Below are positions 1 through 8,386 of a stretch of 64,000 bases of DNA, piece by piece. The translations under genes were made by a program, and so were the position numbers. The notes below the pieces were generated by a model, which did no database searches, was not told the DNA's origin, and saw only the letters and a program-made list of their open reading frames with translations. The stretch is from an uncultured bacterium. Its GTDB lineage: Bacteria; Bacillota; Clostridia; Oscillospirales; CAG-272. How positions within the stretch are numbered: position 1 is the first letter of the stretch; every line of letters begins with the position of its first letter. Where the stretch lies: the NCBI GenBank assembly GCA_945920215.1, contig CAMEJM010000008.1, positions 14,134-78,133 of the forward strand, given 5' to 3'.

Positions 1-1
1 A

Positions 2-85
2 TGGATGACGGTGCTCATCGCCGTTCCGGTTGTGGCGGGGACGGTCACGGGCGCTGTAATCCTCTTGAAACGCAGGAACAGATAA
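2..85 (+). CDS. 3-prime end of an upstream gene (partial): C-terminal TM anchor with basic tail
   Basis: Frame 2 reads WMTVLIAVPVVAGTVTGAVILLKRRNR, then TAA at 83-85. This is a hydrophobic helix followed by a KRRNR tail. The gene runs off the window start, so it cannot be named. Confidence 0.35.
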   Translation, partial: WMTVLIAVPVVAGTVTGAVILLKRRNR

Positions 86-101
86 GGAGCGGGACTGTAA
101 G

Positions 102-3100
102 ATGAAAAAATTGACCAAAAAGCAAATCATCGTCATCGCGGTGCTTGCTTCTCTGTTCGCGGTACTGCTGACCGTGGCGCTGCTCGGCAAATTTGTCTGG
201 CGGTGGTTCGACGACCGCGACGATCAAACGTATGTCCTGCCCGTTCTTGAGGACGGCGAAGCGTACTATTATATCGGCAACACGCCGGTCAGGGACGTCG
301 TTCTGATGTTTCCCCAGCTGACCCGCGCCGATCTCTGTCAGATCAGGGTCCACAATTCGGAGGGAAAGAATTATTTCTTCTTCCATACCCTGACGGGGGA
401 CCTCAATTACTTTGCGCTGGGACAGTGCGACGGCGAGGACTGGACGTGGGACGCGGACGACCTCTATTATCCGTCCATTCTGGATTCCTATGTCGGCGCT
501 TTCGACTATACCTCTCTCTATGACGACACAAGCACCTTGCCCGCCATGCTGGCGGCGGTGGGCGCCGTGATGATCGACGAGCGGATCAAGCCGGAGGGGG
601 GGACCCTGACGCAGGAGTTCCTTTCCCGTTACGGGCTTTCCGAAGCCGACTCCCCCGCCTATTTCGAGCTGGTGGTCTATCTGCGGGACGGGAACGGGAA
701 CTATCTCTACACGCCGGTGAATCAGCCTGACGCGCTGGTCGGCTACGATCCCGCCGACGGCAAATACTATTATCTGACCGGGGACGGTACCCGCGGTGCG
801 GAATACACCGACGGCATCGGGACCCTGACGCCCGCGGCGGACACCGACAATACCCGGCGGGTGTATGTCGGCAATCAGACGGTGGACGACACGGGGTACT
901 ACCTCTATCTGGAGGGCAGAGACACCGTTTATACCACGCAGTCCTCTTATCTGTCAGACGTGGTGGGGCGCGGGCTCGGCTACTATATCGCGCCGCAGAT
1001 GGTGACAAAGGCGGAATCCTCCTATGCCAACCAGCTTACTCCCTGCTTCTCCCTGTACCGCGGCAATTATTCGGGCAGCAACCTGACGCAGGTCACCGAC
1101 CGTATGACCGTGGGCTTCGCTTCTGATTATGTCTGGCAATTTGACGCCGACAACAGCGGCGCTTCGCGGGACACGACCTCCTACGGGGTCTTTACGCTTT
1201 CCGACCTGACAAAGAGCGAAGCGGCGTATTTCAAGGCGGCGTTCCTCGGCAAGTATGTCGGGCACCGCACGGATATTCTGGTGCCTCAGGAAAACCTGAC
1301 CGAGGTCGGCAAAACCGTGACGTACCGTATCCGCCGCATTTGCGGCGTGCTGACCGACGGGGGCTATGTGACCGCAGCCGGACAGCCCGTGCAGGCTGGG
1401 GATAAGGTGCTGATCGCGTATGCCGACGGCAGCCTTGACGCGAGCGGCTCTATCGCCGTCCTGTGGGGCTGCGTGGATCTGGCGGATGCCCGCGTGCCGC
1501 AGGCGCTCAAGGATCTGCTCATCGGCAGAACCGTGTGGACTCCGGGCGAGGACGATTACCCCTTGGACGGGGCGGGCGCGCTGACTTTTTCGTATACCTA
1601 CGGTGCGGATTACACCGACTTGTATCACATCCTGCTGAAGATATCCGAAATCAGCGCGGTGACCGGTCCCGGCGGCTCAACCTTGACAACTGTTGCCTAC
1701 GGAAGCACCGTCACTCTCACCTATGCGTTCTATGAAAACGGAGAGCGGGTGGGCGAATACACCAATACTTTGCAAATCCCCGCAGAGGCGGATTTTGAGG
1801 ACGACTCCAAGTGGGCGGATTACGGATACGCTACGGGAAGCGTCTATACCATGCGCGCCTTGTTCCGCACTCTCATCGGCAAGGAGACGGGCTCCTACAC
1901 CGACACGGACGGAAACGCCACCCTGACGGCGGACATCCCTTATCCCGTTGAGATCGTGTCCGACTTTACTCTGTACAGCGGCGCCACCCTGGAATTTGTG
2001 ACGGACTACGAGGAGTATCTGACATTCGGTTACACCAACGACAGAGAGATCTATTACGGCTCCTCTCTGTATCAGATCATGGGTCCCGAGGACAAGACCC
2101 TTTACGGCCTGGACGCCAACGTCATGCTTGCGGTATTGCAAAAGTTCGAGGACCTGAAGGGCGACGAGACCGTGGAAATGGGGCTGAACAGCGAGACGAT
2201 GCGGAAATACGGCTTGTACGCATACCGCCTCTATTACGAGCTGCCCTTCAACTGCTATACGCTTGACAAGGACGACAAAACCGAGTATCACTATCGGAAC
2301 GCCATCGGCTACACGCTGTATATCAGCGAGCGGCAAAAGGACGGCAGCCGCTACGTCGGCTCCGATATGTACGACATTGTTGTCCGGATCGAGGACGGTT
2401 CTGTCTTTGACTTCGCGGAGTGGGACTTCTCCACCAAGTGGGTGCAGAACAACCTGCTGATGGTCAACTACGAGAACCTGCGCGGCATGGTATTTGACCT
2501 CAATTTCGAGGAGGAAGAATACAAGCGCATATTCGGCTTTGACATCACCGTGGACAGAGCCTATCCCTATCCCAGCAAGACCTACGTGAACGGCGAGGAG
2601 AAGATCACCTATGAATATCTGCCGCGCCTGTACGCCGCTCTGGTGGACGGCGGCGCGCACCGGGACGGTCTTACCTACGAGCAGCTGCGGAGTATCTTCC
2701 AATATGAGTATTCCACCGCCGATTACAGCCAAACGCCCTACGAGGGACAGCAGCATACGGCGGCGGGGAAACTGGTGCGGCAGGAGCTGGAGAACCTGTG
2801 GAGAATCACAAAACTGACAAACGGGGCGGATCTGGACTCCCTGTACGACTACAAGAACAGTTTTGACGAAACCAATTGCGACGGCTCTTACTATCTGCGG
2901 CGCCTCCTTCAGATGCTCAACTCCACCTGCTACTGGGGCAGCTCCGCCGACGACCTGACCGAGGAAGAAATCGCGGCGCTCACGGACGATCCGAAAAACT
3001 GCACCATGACGCTTGCCCTGACCCTCTGCGACGAAAACGGCAAGTTGTACGGCTACACCCTGCGGTTTTACAACTATTCCGCCCATTCTCTCGTCAGCAT

Positions 3101-3227
3101 CACCGACGAGTGCGACGGCGGGCGGGAATCCCATTACTTCTACCTCCAGTCGCGCGAGGTCAAGCGCATTGCGCAGACCGCCATCGCCCTCAGCGAGGGC
3201 AGACCGGTGGATCTGGACAAATACTGA
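102..3227 (+). CDS. Large N-terminally anchored extracytoplasmic protein, function unknown (possibly DUF4340-type auxiliary protein of an ABC-2/GldG-like operon)
   Basis: ATG is preceded by AAGGAG. The N-terminus is KKLTKKQ plus a hydrophobic helix (IIVIAVLASLFAVLLTVALLG), followed by about 1000 aa of Y/T/D/G-rich soluble sequence. It lies directly behind a gene that ends in a TM anchor. A terminator-like hairpin follows. The family guess is from memory only. Confidence 0.8.
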   Translation: MKKLTKKQIIVIAVLASLFAVLLTVALLGKFVWRWFDDRDDQTYVLPVLEDGEAYYYIGNTPVRDVVLMFPQLTRADLCQIRVHNSEGKNYFFFHTLTGDLNYFALGQCDGEDWTWDADDLYYPSILDSYVGAFDYTSLYDDTSTLPAMLAAVGAVMIDERIKPEGGTLTQEFLSRYGLSEADSPAYFELVVYLRDGNGNYLYTPVNQPDALVGYDPADGKYYYLTGDGTRGAEYTDGIGTLTPAADTDNTRRVYVGNQTVDDTGYYLYLEGRDTVYTTQSSYLSDVVGRGLGYYIAPQMVTKAESSYANQLTPCFSLYRGNYSGSNLTQVTDRMTVGFASDYVWQFDADNSGASRDTTSYGVFTLSDLTKSEAAYFKAAFLGKYVGHRTDILVPQENLTEVGKTVTYRIRRICGVLTDGGYVTAAGQPVQAGDKVLIAYADGSLDASGSIAVLWGCVDLADARVPQALKDLLIGRTVWTPGEDDYPLDGAGALTFSYTYGADYTDLYHILLKISEISAVTGPGGSTLTTVAYGSTVTLTYAFYENGERVGEYTNTLQIPAEADFEDDSKWADYGYATGSVYTMRALFRTLIGKETGSYTDTDGNATLTADIPYPVEIVSDFTLYSGATLEFVTDYEEYLTFGYTNDREIYYGSSLYQIMGPEDKTLYGLDANVMLAVLQKFEDLKGDETVEMGLNSETMRKYGLYAYRLYYELPFNCYTLDKDDKTEYHYRNAIGYTLYISERQKDGSRYVGSDMYDIVVRIEDGSVFDFAEWDFSTKWVQNNLLMVNYENLRGMVFDLNFEEEEYKRIFGFDITVDRAYPYPSKTYVNGEEKITYEYLPRLYAALVDGGAHRDGLTYEQLRSIFQYEYSTADYSQTPYEGQQHTAAGKLVRQELENLWRITKLTNGADLDSLYDYKNSFDETNCDGSYYLRRLLQMLNSTCYWGSSADDLTEEEIAALTDDPKNCTMTLALTLCDENGKLYGYTLRFYNYSAHSLVSITDECDGGRESHYFYLQSREVKRIAQTAIALSEGRPVDLDKY

Positions 3228-3246
3228 TCCTCCGCGCCCCTCGATC

Positions 3247-3287
3247 GCATTGCCGCACCGTTTGCGCGGTGCGGCAATGCTGTTCGG
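3247..3287 (+). terminator. Intrinsic terminator-like hairpin after the 1041-aa gene
   Basis: GCATTGCCGCACCG / CGGTGCGGCAATGC form a 14-bp stem with a 6-nt loop. The following T tail is weak (TGTTCGG). Confidence 0.5.
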
Positions 3288-3318
3288 ATATAAAATAGCG
3301 CGAAGATATAAAAAACAA

Positions 3319-3347
3319 TTGATTTTAAGAAAAGCGTGTGTTATAAT
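3319..3347 (+). promoter_or_regulatory. Sigma-A type promoter for the 3413 gene
   Basis: TTGATT, 17-nt spacer, TATAAT, with an extended TGT immediately upstream of the -10 (TGTTATAAT). Confidence 0.6.
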
Positions 3348-3412
3348 ATCCAAGAATAATGCGCGCGTAGTGCGCGTGAGAACTTTTTTACTGTGCAAAG
3401 GATTAAAGCGAT

Positions 3413-5338
3413 ATGAAAAAGAGAGTCCTGTGTATCGTGCTTGCCGTCATTGTCATTGCAAGCGCCGTATTCTTCACGATTTATAACAAGTACGGCAACA
3501 GCTATGATTACGCAGAAAAAGACATGAGCAAGTATGTGCCGATGATAACGGACAAGGCGTTTGTCGAAGCTCTGTATGACGGCAGCGTCACCCTGAAAGA
3601 AATCGAAGACTATCCCGAAGAGGTGCAATATGCTATCGCAGCGGCGTTCTACGATAAGAACAGCGACAGCAACAAGAAGACCTCCGGCGAGTTCGGTCTG
3701 TACGACACGCTGAACGTCAACTACTTTATCACCACCGTTATCGACGGACAGACCAAGGTGATCTCCCTTCCCAAGAAGATGGACGTCACCAACCCCACCA
3801 AGGTACAGATCGGCGCCGACGACGTTTTGGCGCGTGTGATGGCGGCGCTTGAAGGCAAGAGCATGAGCGACACCGCGTTCACCACCTTTACCACCGGCAA
3901 ACTGCAGGCGGGGGACATCCTGTATGTGGACTACACCGTGAAGCAGGGAGATTCGACCGAGAAGTCCGATACGTTCTATAAGGTGACCGTGACGGGCGAC
4001 AACTATATGGAGAGCATTCAGGCAGGGCTGACCGCGAAGTTTGCGGAGAAGTTCGCAGAGGTGGAGATCGGCAAAGCCATCGACATCGCCGTGAACGAAA
4101 ATCTGACCGTCAGCCTGACCGTGAAGTTCGTTGCGCGTACCGTTGTGAAATCGGGCGACATTCTGACCGGCGATACCGTGTTCTTCACTTATACGGAACA
4201 AGGCAGCTCCGATAAGAGCGAGTATACCGCGGTGATCGGCACAGGCGACGCGAACATGGATGCCGACCTCGGCGCAGGCTTTGCAGAGAAGCTCAAGAAT
4301 CTGAAAATCGGCGTGCAGCGCGAAATTACAGTCACCGTCGGCGAGAGCGAAAAAACTTACGATGTCACCGTTGACTATGCTTTGCCCGTCGATCCGACCG
4401 ATACCGCGCGCGACGGCTTCTCCGCGGCGGAGAAGTTTATTACCTTTGATTATACCTATCCCGACGATTCCACCGAAAAGGCGGAAACCGACGAAACCGT
4501 GGAGCTGAAGGGCAAGACCGTTACCGTGCACGCGGTGGTCGGCAGCTTCTACGACGTGACTTACGATTACGACGGTGTGATCAACACGCTGGAGTATAAG
4601 CCCGGCGAGACCGCGCCGGTTGACAAGTATCTGACGGCTTACAAGGCATATAAGGACGCCAAGAAAGCATATGACGATGGTGCCGCCAAGACCGGAGACG
4701 ATGCGCTCTCCGCAGAGGAGCTGCAGAAGCTTGAGACTGCCATGAACGAAGCGGAAACTGCCATGAACGAGGCAAAGACCGCATACGAGGCAGAGCTCGG
4801 CGATGGCGCGACCACCGACCCCGACAAAGCGGCGGTAGCGGCATATGACAAGCAGACGTCCGACGCCGTGCAGGACGAGTACAATGAGGAATACAGTTAC
4901 GATGTAGCTGAGATCATCTGGAACAAGCTCATAGAGCAGACGGCAGACGCGAAGCTGCCGAGCCGTGCGGTGCGGGTTGCTTACAACGGTCTGATGGATT
5001 CCTATAAGCAGACCTATTACACCAACAAGACCAAAGAGCCGTACTCCAACTACAAGAACTTCAAGAGCTACCTGACGCAGAACCTGTATGCCGGCAAAGA
5101 TTACAAGGCAGAGATGATGCAGGAGGCGCGCGAGGTTGTCCGCGCCAACCTGGTGCTCTACCGTTTGGTGGAGATCTACGGCACCGAACTGGACGATACG
5201 CAGAAGATGATGGTGAATCTTTACACCCAGATAGGAGCCGCTTCTCAGGCAGAGGCTCTGCGTAGCGCAGGTCTGTTCGACAACGTTATGACAAGTATTG
5301 TGGAGAACATCAACCCCGCTGTCAAGAGCGCCGATTGA
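3413..5338 (+). CDS. Membrane-anchored trigger-factor/FKBP-like protein (putative extracytoplasmic foldase/chaperone)
   Basis: N-terminal TM helix (VLCIVLAVIVIASAVFFTI). Repeated modules of the type GDILYVDYTVKQGD, GDTVFFTYTEQG and GKTVTVHAVVGSFYDV resemble the trigger-factor PPIase domain. The helical C-terminal region (PSRAVRVAYNGLMDSYKQ...) resembles the trigger-factor C-terminal arm. Confidence 0.8.
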   Translation: MKKRVLCIVLAVIVIASAVFFTIYNKYGNSYDYAEKDMSKYVPMITDKAFVEALYDGSVTLKEIEDYPEEVQYAIAAAFYDKNSDSNKKTSGEFGLYDTLNVNYFITTVIDGQTKVISLPKKMDVTNPTKVQIGADDVLARVMAALEGKSMSDTAFTTFTTGKLQAGDILYVDYTVKQGDSTEKSDTFYKVTVTGDNYMESIQAGLTAKFAEKFAEVEIGKAIDIAVNENLTVSLTVKFVARTVVKSGDILTGDTVFFTYTEQGSSDKSEYTAVIGTGDANMDADLGAGFAEKLKNLKIGVQREITVTVGESEKTYDVTVDYALPVDPTDTARDGFSAAEKFITFDYTYPDDSTEKAETDETVELKGKTVTVHAVVGSFYDVTYDYDGVINTLEYKPGETAPVDKYLTAYKAYKDAKKAYDDGAAKTGDDALSAEELQKLETAMNEAETAMNEAKTAYEAELGDGATTDPDKAAVAAYDKQTSDAVQDEYNEEYSYDVAEIIWNKLIEQTADAKLPSRAVRVAYNGLMDSYKQTYYTNKTKEPYSNYKNFKSYLTQNLYAGKDYKAEMMQEAREVVRANLVLYRLVEIYGTELDDTQKMMVNLYTQIGAASQAEALRSAGLFDNVMTSIVENINPAVKSAD

Positions 5339-5524
5339 TTTATCTCCGACAGAGGAAAAACGGAGCCTTACGGCTCACTGATGCCGCTGTCCGCGTCCGC
5401 TGGACGCGGGCGGCGGTACTTTCTTAAAAAGCGGATCCCCGGCAAAAACAGCGGTGTTGTTTACGCCTGCGGCTATGGTGACCGGGACGGTTCGTCAAAA
5501 GTCCGTCAAAAGGAGGCAAGTGGA

Positions 5525-6010
5525 GTGAAAGAGGTTGAGATTTATACCGACGGCGCCTGCCGCGGCAACCCTGGACCGGGGGGCTGGGGGGCGATCCTGG
5601 TATACAACGGGCAGGAAAAAGAGCTTTCCGGGGGCGACCCGCTGACAACCAATAACCGCATGGAGCTGCTTGCCGCCATCAGCGCTCTGGAGGCGCTGAA
5701 AGAGCCCTGCGCCGTGACCCTGACCTCGGACTCCAAGTATCTGGTGGACGGGGTGTCTCTCGGCTGGCTGGACGGTTGGCGCGCCCGCGGCTGGAAAAAG
5801 GTCAAGAACCCGGAGCTGTGGCAGCGGCTGGATGAGCTGCTGCACCGTCACAGGGTTTCCTTTGTGTGGGTGCGGGGGCACGACGGGCACCCCTACAACG
5901 AGCGGTGCGACAGGTTGGCGACCGCCGCGGCGGACGCTTTGATTCCCGCCGCGGCGCAAACCGCGGGCAAGACGGCGGACAAACACGGCACAGAGGAGGA
6001 GCGGGCATGA
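5525..6010 (+). CDS. rnhA: Ribonuclease HI
   Basis: Motifs [30 protein letters not shown] and [14 protein letters not shown] are present. GTG at 5525 lies 8 nt after AGGAGG (5511-5516). The longest ORF (ATG 5381) would run through a terminator-like hairpin and adds non-homologous sequence. Confidence 0.9.
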   Translation: MKEVEIYTDGACRGNPGPGGWGAILVYNGQEKELSGGDPLTTNNRMELLAAISALEALKEPCAVTLTSDSKYLVDGVSLGWLDGWRARGWKKVKNPELWQRLDELLHRHRVSFVWVRGHDGHPYNERCDRLATAAADALIPAAAQTAGKTADKHGTEEERA

Positions 6011-7467
6011 GAGGTGCACTTCTGCGCGGAATAACGGCGCTTCTTTTATGCGGCATACTGCTATTTTCACTTTGCGCTTGCGGTTTTACCTATGCCGAGG
6101 GCGACACGGACAAATATCTCACGCTTTCCGAGGACTTGACCGATACGCTTTCCGTGACCTTGCCCCGCGCCTATGAAGTGACGGACGACGACGTGGAGGA
6201 AACCATACGGGAACTGTTGCTCTCCGAAAAGAAAGCCGTGGAGGGTGCGGAGAGGGAGACCGACAAGGAAATCGGATACGGAGACGTTGCCGCACTGTAT
6301 TACAGCGGCGTGACAGAGGACGGGGTCTATGTCACCGACGGCTTTGCGGTGGGGGACGCCGTGCCGTATCTCGTGGAGGTGGGCGGCGGCAGCTTCCCTG
6401 TCTCCGAGGTGGAGGCGGCGCTGTCGGGGCTGATCCCGGCGGAATATGCGCTGAGGGAGAGCGGGACGGTGCCCGCAGGGGCTGTTGTTTATATAGACGG
6501 CTCCTATGAGGACACGGCGGGCGGTATTTCCCGCGGGACAAACTATATCCGCATGGCGCGCGTGGACCTCTCCATGGCGGATGAGGTTTGGGGCAACGGC
6601 TTCGCCGCACAGCTGACGGGGCAGAGCGCGGGCGCTGACAAGACGCTGCACTTTACCCTGCCGGACGCCTTTTCGGAAAACGGAACGCCTGTCAGCCGGG
6701 AATACAAGTTACGGGTACGCTTCGTCAGTGAAAAAGAACTGACGGTGGAGGGAACTTATCCCGCCGATTATTCGATAGAGGAACGCGCCGGGAAGCGGGT
6801 GGTCTTTACGATACAGCTTGCCTATATGGTGGACTATGAGGTGCCGGAGCTGACCGCGGAAAACGTGATTTCTCTGTTCGGTATTTCCGATACCGAAAGC
6901 GACCCTGTGGCTGCTTTCCGCGCAAAAGTCCGCCAAACGCTGCTTTCGCAGGAAGAACGGCAAGCGGCGCTGTATGCGGCACTCTGGGAGGAACTGAAAA
7001 CGCACGTGACGGTGCGGGAAATGCCGCAAAAGCAGGTCAAAAAAATCCTCCGGGGCTTGACCAAAGAACTCAAAGAGCTCTACGAGTATTGCAAAACCAA
7101 CCTGTATGACGCCTGCACGGCGGAATGGGGCGAGGAGGCAATGGCTGATTTTGACGCGTTTGCCCGTGCGGTTTACGGCGGCGCGGAGGGAGAGGACGCC
7201 GAGACGGTTCTGACGCGGGAAGCCGAGGACGAGGTGACGCAAACGCTGGTGTTGTATGCCGTTGCGCGCCGCTTCGGATTCCTGCCCGATCAGGCAAGCC
7301 GCGAGAGTGGCGCGCAGACCGTGATGGCGGATCTGCTGGAGGAAAGCGATCTGACCGAACGGCAATTGCGGCGGCGTTGGGGCGGTGACGAGTACTTTGA
7401 ATCACTGTACTGCCGCAGTGTGATTTTGGAGACGCTGGCGGCGCGCGCGCAGGTGTCCTATACGTAA
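6007..7467 (+). CDS. Lipoprotein with trigger-factor-like PPIase and C-terminal domains
   Basis: ATG at 6007 overlaps the rnhA stop (ATGA). Lipoprotein signal [15 protein letters not shown]. Segments [27 protein letters not shown] and a helical C-terminus resemble trigger factor. It appears paralogous in architecture to 3413-5338. Confidence 0.8.
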   Translation: MRGALLRGITALLLCGILLFSLCACGFTYAEGDTDKYLTLSEDLTDTLSVTLPRAYEVTDDDVEETIRELLLSEKKAVEGAERETDKEIGYGDVAALYYSGVTEDGVYVTDGFAVGDAVPYLVEVGGGSFPVSEVEAALSGLIPAEYALRESGTVPAGAVVYIDGSYEDTAGGISRGTNYIRMARVDLSMADEVWGNGFAAQLTGQSAGADKTLHFTLPDAFSENGTPVSREYKLRVRFVSEKELTVEGTYPADYSIEERAGKRVVFTIQLAYMVDYEVPELTAENVISLFGISDTESDPVAAFRAKVRQTLLSQEERQAALYAALWEELKTHVTVREMPQKQVKKILRGLTKELKELYEYCKTNLYDACTAEWGEEAMADFDAFARAVYGGAEGEDAETVLTREAEDEVTQTLVLYAVARRFGFLPDQASRESGAQTVMADLLEESDLTERQLRRRWGGDEYFESLYCRSVILETLAARAQVSYT

Positions 7468-7505
7468 GACCGGCGCTGATTCCGTTTGCAATCCGATATG
7501 TTTTT

Positions 7506-7535
7506 GCTCCGCCGGGTTCCCCGGCGGAGCTTTTT
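7506..7535. terminator. Bidirectional intrinsic terminator
   Basis: GCTCCGCCGGG-TTCC-CCGGCGGAGC stem, flanked by TTTTT on both sides. It sits between convergent genes ending at 7467 (+) and 7601 (-). Confidence 0.6.
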
Positions 7536-7600
7536 GACGGTCGTGTGCCCGGAAAATGAGGCTATGAAAAAAAGTGTTTGCAAGGAAACGGGGGAGACAC

Positions 7601-8140
7601 TTACGAGGAGCCTTGCGCGGTGCAGGTCGGCACGTGATAGTCCGGCGGCACGCACGCGCAGGCGCCGCTTGTCCGCGCGGGGGTACCGTTGTCCGCGCCG
7701 ATGGCGCTGTGGCGGGCAACCTTGCGCAGCTCCCGCGGGGTGAGGTCGGTGATTTGAGCCGCGCGCGGCTTTACACCGCTGTTTTCGGCGCCGGGAGGTT
7801 CGCTGTCCCCGCTGTCGCCGGAGGAATCGGAACTGCCGCCCTCTGACGGGGAGGAGCCGCTGTTCGAGCTGTTTGAATTGCTGTTCGACCCATTGCTGCC
7901 GGAAGAGGAGGACGAGGACTGACTGCCGCTGCGGTTGCCGCTCACGGCGTCTATGACCGTAGTGGCGGCTTTTTCAACGGCTTTGCCGCATTCGTCGGCA
8001 AGCTTTTTGACGTTTCCGCGCGCGCATTTGCAGTTCTTGAGCACCAGACCTGCCACGGTCAGAGCGCCGACGACCGTCATGGTACAGCCGACAGCCCTCA
8101 GCATCACGCCGCCCATGGTACATTTCTTTTGGTAAAACAC
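7601..8140 (-). CDS. Small membrane protein with Ser/Asn/Gly low-complexity linker, function unknown
   Basis: GTG start lies 7 nt after AAAGGAG on the minus strand. It has an N-terminal hydrophobic helix (MLRAVGCTMTVVGALTVAGLVL), a helical segment (KKLADECGKAVEKAATTVIDAV), then an SSSSSSGSNGSNSNSNSSNSGSS tract. Confidence 0.55.
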   Translation of the reverse strand: MFYQKKCTMGGVMLRAVGCTMTVVGALTVAGLVLKNCKCARGNVKKLADECGKAVEKAATTVIDAVSGNRSGSQSSSSSSGSNGSNSNSNSSNSGSSPSEGGSSDSSGDSGDSEPPGAENSGVKPRAAQITDLTPRELRKVARHSAIGADNGTPARTSGACACVPPDYHVPTCTAQGSS

Positions 8141-8279
8141 TGTATTTCTCCTTTGCGTGGTTGTTTGGTCACAGTATGCGTCGGCGGGGCGGTTTTCATG
8201 CGCGCGGGAGACCGATTTCGTCTGCCTGTATTTCGGACGGGCGGCGGCGGTCGGGTGGGAGCGACAACCCGTCGTATTC

Positions 8280-8308
8280 TTGACAATACGGTCGAAACAA
8301 AGTACAAT
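8280..8308 (+). promoter_or_regulatory. Sigma-A type promoter for the Sel1-repeat gene
   Basis: TTGACA, 17-nt spacer, TACAAT. Confidence 0.6.
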
Positions 8309-8386
8309 AATAACAGATTATATATATAACCGCCCGCGCGAATATTTGCGGGCGAGAGTTGCGCGCCCGGGCGCGCGGAGAATGAG

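Noticed and set aside
1677-3398. 573-aa ORF on the minus strand, plus similar long antisense ORFs at 3341-4531, 12159-13169, 13361-14251, 14834-15910, 23895-25223, 28663-29970, 29986-31308, 34021-35667, 35660-36820, 37379-38584, 44164-45501, 48751-50181, 50275-51264, 52104-53324 and 58956-60137
   Set aside because: Each lies opposite a gene with strong motif evidence. Several cross terminators or promoters. The translations are dominated by Arg, Gly, Ala, Pro and His, as expected for the reverse frames of GC-rich coding DNA.
5381-5524. N-terminal extensions implied by longest-ORF starts: rnhA 5381, lipoprotein 5866, tsaD 16045, pncB 18295, TPM 30984, clpB 38536, kinase 38732, exporter 40781, hexapeptide protein 43945
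   Set aside because: The extensions overlap upstream genes, promoters or terminators, and they are Arg/Gly-rich and non-homologous. Internal starts have Shine-Dalgarno sequences and reproduce the canonical N-termini of the families.
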